DNA of 64,000 bases from positions 4,165 to 68,164 of the forward strand of contig JAJFKH010000085.1 of the NCBI GenBank assembly GCA_021773305.1. The letters are read 5' to 3'. Origin of the DNA: Gammaproteobacteria bacterium (GTDB lineage Bacteria; Pseudomonadota; Gammaproteobacteria; UBA1113). The translations under genes and the position numbers were made by a program. The notes under the pieces are model-generated. The model was not told where the DNA came from. It did not search any database and saw only the letters and a program-made list of their open reading frames with translations. Position 1 is the stretch's first letter. Every line of letters begins with the position of its first letter. Of this stretch, positions 38,051 to 48,397 are shown in pieces.

Positions 38051-39439
38051 TTAGAATATTGTAGCGGCGTTTCTTTCTTCTGAAAAGATAGAACATAGTA
38101 TATTTGCAAAGAATACTTCCCGGTTATTTTTCATTGCGGTTTCATGGTAGATTTTTAGTAATTTTTTACAGAGCTTATCAGAGTCCACTTGTGATGTTGT
38201 GTAATGTATTGCAGAAATCGTTGATACTAAATGAGTCATGTTGCGTAAAAATTTTAGTGTGCCAATAGCTGCGAGTGGGTGTGGGGATCCATTGGCATCG
38301 CCTATCGCAATAAGAGGTATTTGATTGATTTGACTCACTGGGGTGAGGCTAATCATAGGTTCTACGGTAAATCTTGTTTCTTCGATTAAATAATTATTTG
38401 TCGATCTAGGTAAATTTCGCAGAAATTCATCGGTATCATTGCCAAAAATGAAAGTATACTCAGTGGTTTTTTCCTTCATTAATGATGCCAGCCTGGGAAT
38501 TTGCTGGGGGTGTATCTTTTTTTCTTCAAAGCGATGGATAAGACGGGCTAAATCAGGAGTGAAGGCGTTTCCACTAAAAATTGAAATATTATCTCGTCGC
38601 CAATGATAACCCTCCCTCTCTCGACGATAATATCCGTGAGGCTGTTCTGTGGGTGCAGCGCAAAGGGCCGTGCGTCCATGGGTGATATACTCATCAAAAA
38701 CGATGGGATTAAAATAATCACTTAAGCCTAATCGCTTGCAGGCATGGACTCCCGTTGCGATTAAAATAGCATCGAATCCCGAGAGCTTTTCTATATCATC
38801 TGAGGTGAAGGGGTGGTCATAATGAATATTCGCTGAACAATCTTCTAAATTTTTTGTGAGGATATCTTGAAAAGAACCCGTTGTGATCCTGAGCTTACCG
38901 GTGCTGCCATCCAACGCGCCCCCATAGTCAAAAAATGTTTTGTAGATTTTTTCTCCCAATAAAGGTTTGAGGCGTAATTCAGCTTCTTTAAACGATATAT
39001 TTTGTGGCCGTACCCGAGAGCTTTTATTACTGCGAGATTCAAAAATATCAACTTTGATGCCAAAACGAGCGCACAGAGTACCTGCTAATAGTCCTGCCAG
39101 ACCGGCACCTATAATTGCGATGTGAGGGGGGGATGGTTGCGTAAAGGTAAAGGGTTCTACCCTATTTTGATGGAGTTGAGTGCAATATTCACGCAACATT
39201 TGATCACCTGTTAAAGACATGAGTTCGTGGATAACCGATTCAATAGAGGAGTCCCATGAGAAAATATTTTGGCTTTCTAATTGCTTGGCAAACTTTGGAT
39301 AGGGGATATTGGGATGTTGTTTGAGAATTTTTCGTCCACAACAGACCGCTTTTTCAACAATAGCTGCGAGTTGCTCTGCCTGTGATAAAGCAGTATGATT
39401 TAAAAATGGCATTTTGAGACCTTTGAACCTAGATTTCAC
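38051..39439 (-). CDS. FAD-dependent oxidoreductase/monooxygenase with a roughly 100-aa N-terminal extension
   Basis: Rossmann dinucleotide motif IAIIGAGLAGLLAGTLCARFGIKVDIFE at about residue 107. Late GD motif IAIGDANGSPHPLAAIG. Substrate unknown. Confidence 0.65.
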   Translation of the reverse strand: MKSRFKGLKMPFLNHTALSQAEQLAAIVEKAVCCGRKILKQHPNIPYPKFAKQLESQNIFSWDSSIESVIHELMSLTGDQMLREYCTQLHQNRVEPFTFTQPSPPHIAIIGAGLAGLLAGTLCARFGIKVDIFESRSNKSSRVRPQNISFKEAELRLKPLLGEKIYKTFFDYGGALDGSTGKLRITTGSFQDILTKNLEDCSANIHYDHPFTSDDIEKLSGFDAILIATGVHACKRLGLSDYFNPIVFDEYITHGRTALCAAPTEQPHGYYRREREGYHWRRDNISIFSGNAFTPDLARLIHRFEEKKIHPQQIPRLASLMKEKTTEYTFIFGNDTDEFLRNLPRSTNNYLIEETRFTVEPMISLTPVSQINQIPLIAIGDANGSPHPLAAIGTLKFLRNMTHLVSTISAIHYTTSQVDSDKLCKKLLKIYHETAMKNNREVFFANILCSIFSEERNAATIF

Positions 39440-39477
39440 AGTCGCTTGAGTTTAAAACTCATAGTTTAGCAGGGAGC

Positions 39478-39732
39478 ATGCAGATGTTAAAACTTTTCAC
39501 GGAACATCCCAAGCAAGTGGGAGAAGGATATTTTACACATTGCTGTTATGCGCTAATGTCTGGATTGAAATTATTCGCGGCCGGGTTTATTTGTATTGTG
39601 CATGCCATTTTCCCCTTTCTTTTTAAAACCACGGTCTCAGATTTGATTATTAAAATGGCCAGGGTATTATCTCAGCGACGACATTCTGAGGTGGATTCAG
39701 AGCCGGTAAGCGGTAAACGTCATAAATTTTGA
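39478..39732 (+). CDS. Small membrane protein (DUF6356-like)
   Basis: 84 aa with a hydrophobic helix. The HPKQVGEGYFTHCCYAL start resembles that family. Weak call. Confidence 0.4.
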   Translation: MQMLKLFTEHPKQVGEGYFTHCCYALMSGLKLFAAGFICIVHAIFPFLFKTTVSDLIIKMARVLSQRRHSEVDSEPVSGKRHKF

Positions 39733-40338
39733 TACAAACCCCATCAGTTTTTTGATAGGTTTTGGGAGTGTTTTTGCTCCAGCTTCTCGGGCAATTTGTG
39801 CATGGTGAGCTTCATCCTCATGCATTTGTCGGATTATTTTTTCACTGCGTTTGTCAGTGATTGGTAATTTTTCTAAATGGTTATCTAAATGTTCCATGAC
39901 TTGATTTTCAGTTTCTTCGACAAACCCTAAGCTCCATTTATCTCCGGCAATCCCAGCCATGGCACCTATAAAAAGCGATCCAACATGCCAGAGAGGACTG
40001 AGTATACTCGGTTGGCTCTCCAGCTCGGTTAAGCGTTTTTGACACCAATGAAGATGATCTTTTTCTTCTAATGCAGATTGTTGCATTTGTTGTGTGATTT
40101 TTTCATTGCGTGCGGTTAAGGCTTGCCCTTGATAGAGTCCTTGGGCGGCAACTTCTCCAGCATGGTTGACTCGCATAAGACCTGCAACATGTTTTTTTTC
40201 AGCTAACGTTAGCTTACTTTCAGGTGCTTCGTCACCCGGATAGGGGCGCTCACTTTGAGTCGGTATATTTGAGAGGTTGTCTAATCCTTGCTGTAAGTTA
40301 TCAATAAGAGTATCGAGAAATGATAGTTGCTTATCCAT
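39697..40338 (-). CDS. coq7: 2-nonaprenyl-3-methyl-6-methoxy-1,4-benzoquinol hydroxylase Coq7 (di-iron)
   Basis: RVNHAGEVAAQGLYQGQ plus repeated E..H di-iron ligand motifs (EEKDHLHW, EDEAHH). Confidence 0.88.
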   Translation of the reverse strand: MDKQLSFLDTLIDNLQQGLDNLSNIPTQSERPYPGDEAPESKLTLAEKKHVAGLMRVNHAGEVAAQGLYQGQALTARNEKITQQMQQSALEEKDHLHWCQKRLTELESQPSILSPLWHVGSLFIGAMAGIAGDKWSLGFVEETENQVMEHLDNHLEKLPITDKRSEKIIRQMHEDEAHHAQIAREAGAKTLPKPIKKLMGFVSKFMTFTAYRL

Positions 40339-40342
40339 GGTG

Positions 40343-41155
40343 TTATTCCATATGTTTTGGAAAGGCGTTTATATTTCTGCCGTAGAAAATTTCTAGCATT
40401 TCGTGCTTCAGTTGATTTTGGATCTGCGACGCTTGCTTTTTGCTAAATGCATCCGTTCCACTGCCAAATAAGTAATTATCTAGATCAAAATCTTGTAAAA
40501 TCATTTTTGTATGGAAAATATTTTCTTGGTAAACATTGACGTCAAACATTTGATAGCGCTGCTTAGAATCCTCTGCTAAATAATGTTGAATAGAATTAAT
40601 GGGATGATCAATAAAATGTTTGGTTCCATTAACATCACGAGTAAAACCGCGAACTCGGTAATCAATCGTAACGATATCAGATTCAAAACTATGCAGTAAA
40701 TAGTTCAGGGCTTTTAATGGAGAAATAAGTCCACAGGTGGAAACATCAATGTCCGCTCGAAATGTGCTAATCCCATTATCTGGATGACTTTCTGGGTAGG
40801 TATGGACAGTAATGTGACTTTTATCCAAGTGACCTACCACAGCATCGGGTAATGGACCGGGAGTTTCTAATACGTTTTCATGACTCGGTGTGGTGGGCGC
40901 TTCAGCGATGAGCATGGTGACACTGGCACCCTGAGGCTCATAGTCTTGTTTGGCAATATTCAATATGGTAGCACCGATGATGGTCGAAACATCCGTAAGA
41001 ATATTTGTCAAGCGCTCTGCATTGTAAGCCTCATCGATATATTCAATATATTCTTGGCGATGTTTTTGACTAATTGCATAGCAAATATCGTAAATATTAA
41101 AGCTTAAGGTTTTTGTTAGGTTATTAAAACCGTGTAATTGTAATTTGTCTGTCAT
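40343..41155 (-). CDS. speD: S-adenosylmethionine decarboxylase proenzyme (E. coli-type SpeD)
   Basis: [24 protein letters not shown]...[14 protein letters not shown] is near-identical in pattern to E. coli SpeD, including the cleavage-site region. Confidence 0.9.
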   Translation of the reverse strand: MTDKLQLHGFNNLTKTLSFNIYDICYAISQKHRQEYIEYIDEAYNAERLTNILTDVSTIIGATILNIAKQDYEPQGASVTMLIAEAPTTPSHENVLETPGPLPDAVVGHLDKSHITVHTYPESHPDNGISTFRADIDVSTCGLISPLKALNYLLHSFESDIVTIDYRVRGFTRDVNGTKHFIDHPINSIQHYLAEDSKQRYQMFDVNVYQENIFHTKMILQDFDLDNYLFGSGTDAFSKKQASQIQNQLKHEMLEIFYGRNINAFPKHME

Positions 41156-41157
41156 AC

Positions 41158-41568
41158 TTATTTAGCGAGTGGTGGATGATAAATGATTTGCACTCCATTA
41201 CCATCAGGATCTTCACAGTAAAAACTTCTTGCGCCATCACGATGGGTTTGGGGTACGGATGTTAATTTAATTTGATGATCTCGAAGATAATCGTACCAAA
41301 TGTCAACTTGTTCTAGTTCGTTGATGATAAAACCAAAATGGCATAAGCGCTGGTGTTTCGATACTTTAAAATCACTGGGCGCTCGGTGTAATGCGAGATT
41401 ATCGACTCCGGATGTTAAGTAAAAATTATCGGGATCTGGCTGCCACTCAACATCCATGCCCATCAATTTTGTGTAAAAATCGACACATTCCTCCAATTTT
41501 TTAACGGATAGGGCTAGGTGGCGTAGACCTGTGGTGGGTTTTGGTTTTGCTGTATCGACTTTTTTCAT
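41158..41568 (-). CDS. VOC/glyoxalase-family protein
   Basis: GLRHLALSV...FY..LMGM start and C-terminal [13 protein letters not shown] are typical of the vicinal-oxygen-chelate fold. Confidence 0.75.
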   Translation of the reverse strand: MKKVDTAKPKPTTGLRHLALSVKKLEECVDFYTKLMGMDVEWQPDPDNFYLTSGVDNLALHRAPSDFKVSKHQRLCHFGFIINELEQVDIWYDYLRDHQIKLTSVPQTHRDGARSFYCEDPDGNGVQIIYHPPLAK

Positions 41569-41635
41569 CGGATCCTCCTGGGTTGATCTGGATCATTTTA
41601 CTTTAATGTTGGCCAATGATACAAGTTTCTTATTT

Positions 41636-42232
41636 TCATGAAATGAATAATGAGTCATTTTGTAGGAAATTTTCGAGCAAATTATGGCCATTCTCGGTGA
41701 GAATTGACTCTGGATGAAATTGAACGCCTACGATGGGATATTGGCGATGGGCTATCCCCATGATTTCATCGACTTTATTCTTATGGGTGTGAGTCCAAGC
41801 AGTGATTTCAAGGCAGTCTGGGAGGGATCCTTTATCTGCAATAAGAGAGTGGTAGCGGGTTGCCCGAAAGGGCGTGGGTAATCCTTGAAAAATGCTCTTG
41901 TTTTTATGGTAGATTTGGGAGGTTTTGCCATGTATGACGTTTCTGGCAAGGCTGATTTTTCCGCCAAAAGCTTGAGCGATGGATTGGTGGCCTAAACAAA
42001 CACCTAAGATAGGAACCTTTTCTTTGAAGTGATGGATAATCTCTAATGAAATTCCTGCGTTACTGGGAGTACCAGGGCCAGGAGAGATAATGATTTTTGT
42101 TGGATCTAAAGCGCAAATAGCCTCAATGGTCATAGCATCATTACGAACAACCTTCGGCGGGTAGCCGATTTCACAACAATACTGAACTAAGTTATAGGTA
42201 AACGAATCGTAATTGTCGATAACTAAGAGCAT
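41636..42232 (-). CDS. Anthranilate/aminodeoxychorismate synthase component II (class-I glutamine amidotransferase)
   Basis: [18 protein letters not shown] start, catalytic GVCLGHQ, and FHPES. Confidence 0.88.
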   Translation of the reverse strand: MLLVIDNYDSFTYNLVQYCCEIGYPPKVVRNDAMTIEAICALDPTKIIISPGPGTPSNAGISLEIIHHFKEKVPILGVCLGHQSIAQAFGGKISLARNVIHGKTSQIYHKNKSIFQGLPTPFRATRYHSLIADKGSLPDCLEITAWTHTHKNKVDEIMGIAHRQYPIVGVQFHPESILTENGHNLLENFLQNDSLFIS

Positions 42233-42241
42233 ATTTTTAGT

Positions 42242-42925
42242 CTAACGGGTGTTTATTTGAGTGCGCATTGTTTCCAAGGTTTTTGAGTAATCATCACTAT
42301 TGAACACGGCAGAGCCTGCGACAAAGGTATCAGCGCCAGCTTTGGCAATGGATGCGATATTATCAATTTTGACGCCGCCATCGACTTCTAAGCGAATATC
42401 GTAGCCGGATTGATCAATCATCTTTCTGATTTTAGTAATTTTGTTCAGTGAATGGGGAATGAAGCCCTGTCCTCCAAAGCCTGGATTTACCGACATGACC
42501 AGGATGACATCCACCTTATCTAATATGTGTTCTAAATGGTGAAGTGATGTAGCAGGGTTCAATGCAACACCTGCTTTGGCCCCCAATTGCTTAATGAGTT
42601 GCAAGCTCCTATCCAGATGTTCTGTTGCTTCTGGATGTATGGTGATAATGCTTGCTCCGACCTTAGCAAAGTCTTCAATGATCTTGTCTACGGGTTTCAC
42701 CATTAAATGAACATCAATAGGGGCTTTGATCCCGTGGTTACGTAACGCTTCGCAAACCAAGGGGCCAATGGTTAAATTTGGAACATAATGGTTATCCATG
42801 ACATCAAAATGTATCCAATCTGCTCCGGCTTGTAGCACGTTGTCACACTCTTCTCCTAACCTTGCAAAATTGGCTGAGAGGATGGATGGGGCAATGATAG
42901 CTTGTTGCATGGTTTTTGTTTCCAT
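42242..42925 (-). CDS. rpe: Ribulose-phosphate 3-epimerase
   Basis: [30 protein letters not shown], and [11 protein letters not shown]. Confidence 0.93.
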   Translation of the reverse strand: METKTMQQAIIAPSILSANFARLGEECDNVLQAGADWIHFDVMDNHYVPNLTIGPLVCEALRNHGIKAPIDVHLMVKPVDKIIEDFAKVGASIITIHPEATEHLDRSLQLIKQLGAKAGVALNPATSLHHLEHILDKVDVILVMSVNPGFGGQGFIPHSLNKITKIRKMIDQSGYDIRLEVDGGVKIDNIASIAKAGADTFVAGSAVFNSDDYSKTLETMRTQINTR

Positions 42926-42968
42926 AAATCGTTAAATCAGAAGATTATCCCACAAAGTGCTGATTGGC

Positions 42969-43907
42969 TCAAAGGTTGATCGCATCCAATAATTTTCCCG
43001 CAATATCAATATCATAGTGGTTTTCAATTTCGCGCATACACGTTGGGCTGGTGACATTAATTTCCGTGAGGTAGTCTCCAATAATGTCTAAGCCGACAAA
43101 TCGCAAGCCTTTTTTCTTTAATGTAGGCCCCACCTGTTTGCTGATCCATCGTTCTTTTTCTGTAATAGGCATGGGTATCCCCTTACCGCCTGCTGCAAGA
43201 TTTGCTCGGGTTTCGCCTTTGGCTGCCACGCGTGCCAAGCTATAAGGGATGGGTTCTCCATCAATGAGTAATACCCGTTTGTCGCCTTGGGCTATCTCTG
43301 GAATGTAACGCTGTGCCATGATATTTTGTGTGCCAAATTGAGTGAGATTTTCAAGGATCACATTAACGTTGGGATCGTCTTGCTGCAAACGAAAAACAGA
43401 TCCCCCTCCCATGCCATCTAAAGGCTTTACAATAATGTCTTTTTGTTGCTGCCAAAAAGTTTTTAATCGTGCCATCTGGCAACTTACCAGAGTCGGCGGT
43501 GTACATTCTGGAAACCAAGCAGTAAAGAGTTTTTCATTTGCGTCTCGTAAGCTTTGCGGGCTGTTAACAACACAGACACCACAGCGTTCCACTAATTCTA
43601 ATAGATAGGTTGTATAGATGTATTCCATATTAAAAGGGGGATCTTTGCGCATGAATATGATATCAAAATCTTTTAGCTCCGTTAATTTTCTAGCATTTAA
43701 TGTAAACCAATCTTGCGGATTATTTTCAACTTTTAACGATTGAGTTTCTGCAAAAACCTGTCCATCCTCAAGGAAAATGTCGGGTTGTTCTATGTAATGT
43801 AAATCCCATTCGCGCTGTTGAATCGCCATGAGTATGCCAAAGGTCGTATCTTTCTTAATGTTAATGGATTGAATGGGATCCATAATAACAGCGCACTGAA
43901 TTGTCAT
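42969..43907 (-). CDS. gshB: Glutathione synthetase (ATP-grasp)
   Basis: MDPIQSINIKKDTTF start, FMRKDPPF, and PLDGMGG. C-terminal EINVTSPT. Confidence 0.9.
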   Translation of the reverse strand: MTIQCAVIMDPIQSINIKKDTTFGILMAIQQREWDLHYIEQPDIFLEDGQVFAETQSLKVENNPQDWFTLNARKLTELKDFDIIFMRKDPPFNMEYIYTTYLLELVERCGVCVVNSPQSLRDANEKLFTAWFPECTPPTLVSCQMARLKTFWQQQKDIIVKPLDGMGGGSVFRLQQDDPNVNVILENLTQFGTQNIMAQRYIPEIAQGDKRVLLIDGEPIPYSLARVAAKGETRANLAAGGKGIPMPITEKERWISKQVGPTLKKKGLRFVGLDIIGDYLTEINVTSPTCMREIENHYDIDIAGKLLDAINL

Positions 43908-45214
43908 GATTGTATTTCCTGGCTTTCTCTCGCTGCGGCTAGTACGGCTAAGCGAGCGATAACGCCGTAGGCGTAGAAACGATTAGGGCTATCATTCGGC
44001 TTCATGGTTTTGTCGGGATTATTACAAGCATTCACAAAAGCTAAAGGTTCGAATTCCATTCCTGGAGCGTTAAGGCTTTCTTGAGGTGAACGCTGTTTAT
44101 GAATACGATAAAAACCACCGATAACATGGTGTCCTATGCTGTAGACAACAGGTTCTGCAACGCCATTATCGTCGCCCCAAGTCTCAAAAGAATAGACACC
44201 TTCTTGTATGAGCACTTTCGATATCGTTGTCTTCCCCTTTCCAGAAGACATTTTTTCCCGTTGTTTGCGATTGAGTTGTCGAATTTGCTCGGGATCATTG
44301 ATACTCATGACGCCCATGCCGTAAGTGCCCGCATCTGCTTTGACAATGACAAAGGGCTGTTGATCAATGTTGTATTGTCGATATTTTTCTGCTATTTCAT
44401 CCAGTAATTCTTGGACATAGTTTATTAAACAATCTTCACCTTCTCGGGTTTTAAAATTGATTTCTCCGCAATTGCGAAAGAGTGGATTAATCAACCAAGG
44501 ATCGATGTCTACCATGGCTGAAAATTCACTTGCAATCTCTCCATAATGCTGGAAGTGAATGGATTTGAGACGGGTTGACCACCCAAGTTCTGTTGATGGA
44601 GATATCTTTTGAGTAATGTGAGTTAATATTTCAGGGATCTTTTCGGATAAATCATTATTTAATAAAATTAAGCAGGGGGTGAAGTCATCGATGCAAATAC
44701 AATTTTGTTTTCGATAAATAGGCTCTAAGATGATTTTTTTTCCTGAGGGTAACTCAAATTCAGTGGCTTGTGTTATTTCAGGAAGCAAACTACCAATGCG
44801 AACATCAAACCCTGCTTTTTGAATAATATCTTTGAGTACACTTAAACTTTCAAAATAAAACAAATTGCGGGTGTGGTTTTCGGGGATTAGCAAAATTCTT
44901 TCACAACCCGGGTACTGTTGCTCTAGGGTTGCTTGCATAGCCTGGATGCATAGAGGCATTAATTCTGGGTTGAGATTATTAAATCCAGCGGGGAACAAAT
45001 TCGTATCAATGGGTGAGAGCTTGAAACCCGCATTGCGGAGATCCACTGAACTATTAATGGGGGCGGCCAAATTTTGCCAGGCATTGCGAAACCAGCACTC
45101 AATCTCAACTTGTTTATTAAGCAAATGTTGCTCAATTTCGTGGAGTGGGCCAGTTAATGCCGTTTGTAAGTGCGGCACAGGATTATTCACTAAGTATCTC
45201 TCCATTGTAGCCAT
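43904..45214 (-). CDS. gshA: Glutamate-cysteine ligase, non-enterobacterial (Acidithiobacillus-type) family
   Basis: 436-aa ORF overlapping gshB by 4 nt. VDLRNAGFKLSPIDTNLFPAGFNNL and VKADAGTYGMGV resemble this GshA family. The call leans on the operon context. Confidence 0.6.
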   Translation of the reverse strand: MATMERYLVNNPVPHLQTALTGPLHEIEQHLLNKQVEIECWFRNAWQNLAAPINSSVDLRNAGFKLSPIDTNLFPAGFNNLNPELMPLCIQAMQATLEQQYPGCERILLIPENHTRNLFYFESLSVLKDIIQKAGFDVRIGSLLPEITQATEFELPSGKKIILEPIYRKQNCICIDDFTPCLILLNNDLSEKIPEILTHITQKISPSTELGWSTRLKSIHFQHYGEIASEFSAMVDIDPWLINPLFRNCGEINFKTREGEDCLINYVQELLDEIAEKYRQYNIDQQPFVIVKADAGTYGMGVMSINDPEQIRQLNRKQREKMSSGKGKTTISKVLIQEGVYSFETWGDDNGVAEPVVYSIGHHVIGGFYRIHKQRSPQESLNAPGMEFEPLAFVNACNNPDKTMKPNDSPNRFYAYGVIARLAVLAAARESQEIQS

Positions 45215-45283
45215 ATTTGTCAGTAGAGATTATAATCCAGAGAGTGTGCTTATTGCGAATGAAATTAATTTGGGGACAAATCC

Positions 45284-45466
45284 ATGTTGAGTAAATCAAA
45301 TAAATCTTATGTGAGTGAAGTGGATAATTTTTTAGAAAAATTGCGCACAAATATACCAGAATCGGATGCTCAAGAGAAAGAGCGGGAGAAATATGAGCGG
45401 ATCAACCGGCTTCGTGATAAAAAAGATGATTCTGATGAGAGCCGAGAGATTTGGCAGGATTTTTAA
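45284..45466 (+). CDS. Small charged protein (DUF3460-like)
   Basis: 60 aa. YVSEVDNFLEKLR...E.Y.R...LRDK pattern. Weak call. Confidence 0.4.
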   Translation: MLSKSNKSYVSEVDNFLEKLRTNIPESDAQEKEREKYERINRLRDKKDDSDESREIWQDF

Positions 45467-45533
45467 TCCTTGAAATTGCTTTGTTGAATTTTTAAATTAT
45501 ACTCCTATGAATATAAATTAATGGAGTCCCTCT

Positions 45534-46478
45534 ATGCCAAAGGATCAGGCACCTAGAAAGGCGAATATTTCTACTCACGACTATTTTTTTTCTGGAATGA
45601 TGAAGAATCAGGAGATTGTTAGAGATTTTTTGCTCAATATTTGGCAACCTGTTGAATGTATTAATCTTAGCTCAATATGTCCTCATGCCACAAAATTCAT
45701 CAGCGATGACTTTCGGCGGCTTGAGAGTGATGTTTTGTTTTCTTTTGAAGTTGACAGCGGTGAGAGTGTGTTTGTACTCATTGAACATCAATCCACAGCT
45801 AAAAAAATAATGCCTTTTAAAATGTGGGGGTATGTTCATCAAATTATGGCAAAGTTCAAGCACCTTGGAGAAACACGGTATCCCTTGGTTATTCAAGTCG
45901 TATTCTATAACGGCAGGGAAAAATATCGACAGCCTTGCTGCTTGGCTGACTTAATTGATGCTAAAAGTCAGTGGATTGATTATTATCTAGGTAACATTCA
46001 ACCCTTTATACTTGTGGATGTTAACGATATTTCTGATGAACAACTTCATGAAGCAACCTGGTTAAATATTATGACCTATTACATGAAATATATTTATGCG
46101 AAAAACCTATTGGAAAAAATAAAAGAGAGTATGTTTCGGTTAAAATCTGTGCTAGAATTGACCGAAGACAGTGATGCAGAAAGTTACATAAAGCTTATCA
46201 TCAACTATGTTTGCTATAGTCGAGATGATATTGAAAGGGAAGATCTTGCAGATCTATTTTCTAATGGTCTTGCGTTGCAACAAAGAGAGGTTATCGTGAT
46301 ATTAGTTGAGCAGTGGAGAGAAGAAGGCCGCCAGCAAGGTATGCAGCAAGGGCGATTCCAAATGATACAAGCTTTTGCGAAAAATCTATCGGGTAAAGGA
46401 TTATCAATGGAAGAGGTTGCCGCAACGTTTCAAGTCAGCTTGAGTGAATTAGAGAGTATTTTAAATAGCGAAGTATAA
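45534..46478 (+). CDS. Rpn-family recombination-promoting nuclease / putative transposase (PD-(D/E)xK, YhgA-like)
   Basis: N-terminal HDYFFSGMMKN... and LESDVLFSFEVD...VFVLIEHQS core motif of the family. No terminal inverted repeats noticed. Confidence 0.75.
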   Translation: MPKDQAPRKANISTHDYFFSGMMKNQEIVRDFLLNIWQPVECINLSSICPHATKFISDDFRRLESDVLFSFEVDSGESVFVLIEHQSTAKKIMPFKMWGYVHQIMAKFKHLGETRYPLVIQVVFYNGREKYRQPCCLADLIDAKSQWIDYYLGNIQPFILVDVNDISDEQLHEATWLNIMTYYMKYIYAKNLLEKIKESMFRLKSVLELTEDSDAESYIKLIINYVCYSRDDIEREDLADLFSNGLALQQREVIVILVEQWREEGRQQGMQQGRFQMIQAFAKNLSGKGLSMEEVAATFQVSLSELESILNSEV

Positions 46479-46483
46479 ATTTT

Positions 46484-48316
46484 CTATTGCTTATGTCCCA
46501 GCACACGTTGCAAATGCTGTAAAAATTGCTCGGCGTTTTGTTCTCCTACAATACGATAATTTGCCAGTTCACTACCTTGCTTATCAAAGAATAGAATAGT
46601 GGGGGGGGCAATGACTTTAAGACGCTCTTCTAAGGCTTGATCTTGCAAATCATTATTAGTGACGTCGGCCCTTAAGGCCACCATGCGGTTGAGTAATGTT
46701 TTGACTTCTGGATGACTGAAGGTGTTGCGATCCATTTCTTTGCAGGAAATACACCAGTCAGCGTAAAAGTCCAGCATGATTATTTTATCGCGGGATGTGG
46801 CTAAGTCTAATTCCCGATCAAAATCGTCATTGTTTTTAATATGAGCAAATAATGGTTTCTCTATATTACTATTATGGGCCACTTCACCGGCTACTGCATG
46901 GCCGTTGGCTAGGGGTTCTAGGGGATTGCTATTGCCCATGGTGGCGCCAATTAGTAAAATAATACCGTAAATGACAAAGAGTAGTCCAAGTCCTTTCCAG
47001 AAATTAGCCCAGCCGTGTTTTTTCTCTGGATTTAAAATGCCCATATAAACAGCTGAAATAATGAACAATGCCGCCCATAGCGCGAGCGTTATTTGCCCAG
47101 GAAGAATACGCTCTAACATCCAAATAGCGACAGCCAATAGCATGACGCCAAAGCTCGCTTCGACCACTTGCATCCAGGATCCAGCTTTAGGCAAGAGCTT
47201 TCCGCCGGACGTACCAATGATGAGCAACGGTACTCCCATGCCTAATCCCATGGCAAATAGTGCGCTACCGCCCAAGATAGCATCACCGGTTTGGCCGATA
47301 TAGGCTAGAGCGCCAATGAGAGGTGCGCTGACACAGGGAGAGACAATAAGGGTCGAGAGTACACCCATGATCCCTACGCCCACATAGTTACCGCTTTTTT
47401 GCTTGTTACTTAATGAGGATATTTTTTCTTCAAATTTCGATGGTAGGCGCAATTCGTAAAAGCCAAATAAAGATAAGGCTAATAATACAAAAATTAAGCT
47501 AAAGGAAATAATAATCCAGGGCGTTTGTAGAGCAGCTTGTAAAGTATGTCCGGCAAATCCAGCGGCAATACCGGCAATGGCGTAAGTCACAGCCATGGCA
47601 AGTACATAGGTGAGCGATAGTCGAAAAGCTTTGCCCAGACTTAAACTTTCACCGTGGCCGATAATGAGTCCTGATAATATTGGGATCATGGGCAGTACAC
47701 AGGGGGTGAAGCTCAGTAGCAGTCCAAAGCCAAAGAAGCTCAATAAAATCAGTGTAATATTATGGTTGGCTAAGAGTTGGGTCAGTTTATCTTGTTCTGA
47801 AATGGGAAATTGAACTTTTTTGCCATTAACGGTTTTGCCGGTGAATCTTTCATCTTTTGCAGCATCCAGGGAAACCATGACTTCTTTGGTTTGAGGAGGA
47901 TAGCAGTAACCATTCGCGGAGCACCCCTGGTAACACACTTTAATGGTCATGTCCTTGGGGGCGTTATCTGGCCTTTTGATAGGGATGGGTAGGGCAAGAT
48001 TACCCTGGTAGACTTGGTGTTGGCCTAAGATATCGTCATATTTTTTGATTCCATTGGGTAATGTAAAAGAGCCTAAGGTTGCAGCTTTTGGGGAGACAAT
48101 TTTGTAGCTGAAACGATCTTTGTAGAGAAAATAACCAGGAGCAATACGCCAGTGAGCAATAATGGTTTGGGGATCATCCACAGAAACAGAAAAACGAAAA
48201 GCTTGATCCACAGGTGCAGGTTGAGGTGTTGCAAAAGCAGAAGATAACAGTAAAAAAAATGCACAAAAAATACTGATAAAGAAAGTTTTCACTGAAGTAC
48301 CTCTATTTATTTTCAT
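46484..48316 (-). CDS. dsbD: Thiol:disulfide interchange protein DsbD
   Basis: Signal peptide plus an N-terminal domain. TM core has FTPCVLPM and SPCVSAP cysteines. C-terminal thioredoxin fold has WCISCKE. Confidence 0.9.
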   Translation of the reverse strand: MKINRGTSVKTFFISIFCAFFLLLSSAFATPQPAPVDQAFRFSVSVDDPQTIIAHWRIAPGYFLYKDRFSYKIVSPKAATLGSFTLPNGIKKYDDILGQHQVYQGNLALPIPIKRPDNAPKDMTIKVCYQGCSANGYCYPPQTKEVMVSLDAAKDERFTGKTVNGKKVQFPISEQDKLTQLLANHNITLILLSFFGFGLLLSFTPCVLPMIPILSGLIIGHGESLSLGKAFRLSLTYVLAMAVTYAIAGIAAGFAGHTLQAALQTPWIIISFSLIFVLLALSLFGFYELRLPSKFEEKISSLSNKQKSGNYVGVGIMGVLSTLIVSPCVSAPLIGALAYIGQTGDAILGGSALFAMGLGMGVPLLIIGTSGGKLLPKAGSWMQVVEASFGVMLLAVAIWMLERILPGQITLALWAALFIISAVYMGILNPEKKHGWANFWKGLGLLFVIYGIILLIGATMGNSNPLEPLANGHAVAGEVAHNSNIEKPLFAHIKNNDDFDRELDLATSRDKIIMLDFYADWCISCKEMDRNTFSHPEVKTLLNRMVALRADVTNNDLQDQALEERLKVIAPPTILFFDKQGSELANYRIVGEQNAEQFLQHLQRVLGHKQ

Positions 48317-48397
48317 TAAAGTTTAAGTATATCCCATATTTACCAATTCAGCTGTTTTAAAAGCTTCGCAGCAAAGTATGGCTGGGTGTTCTGGGCT

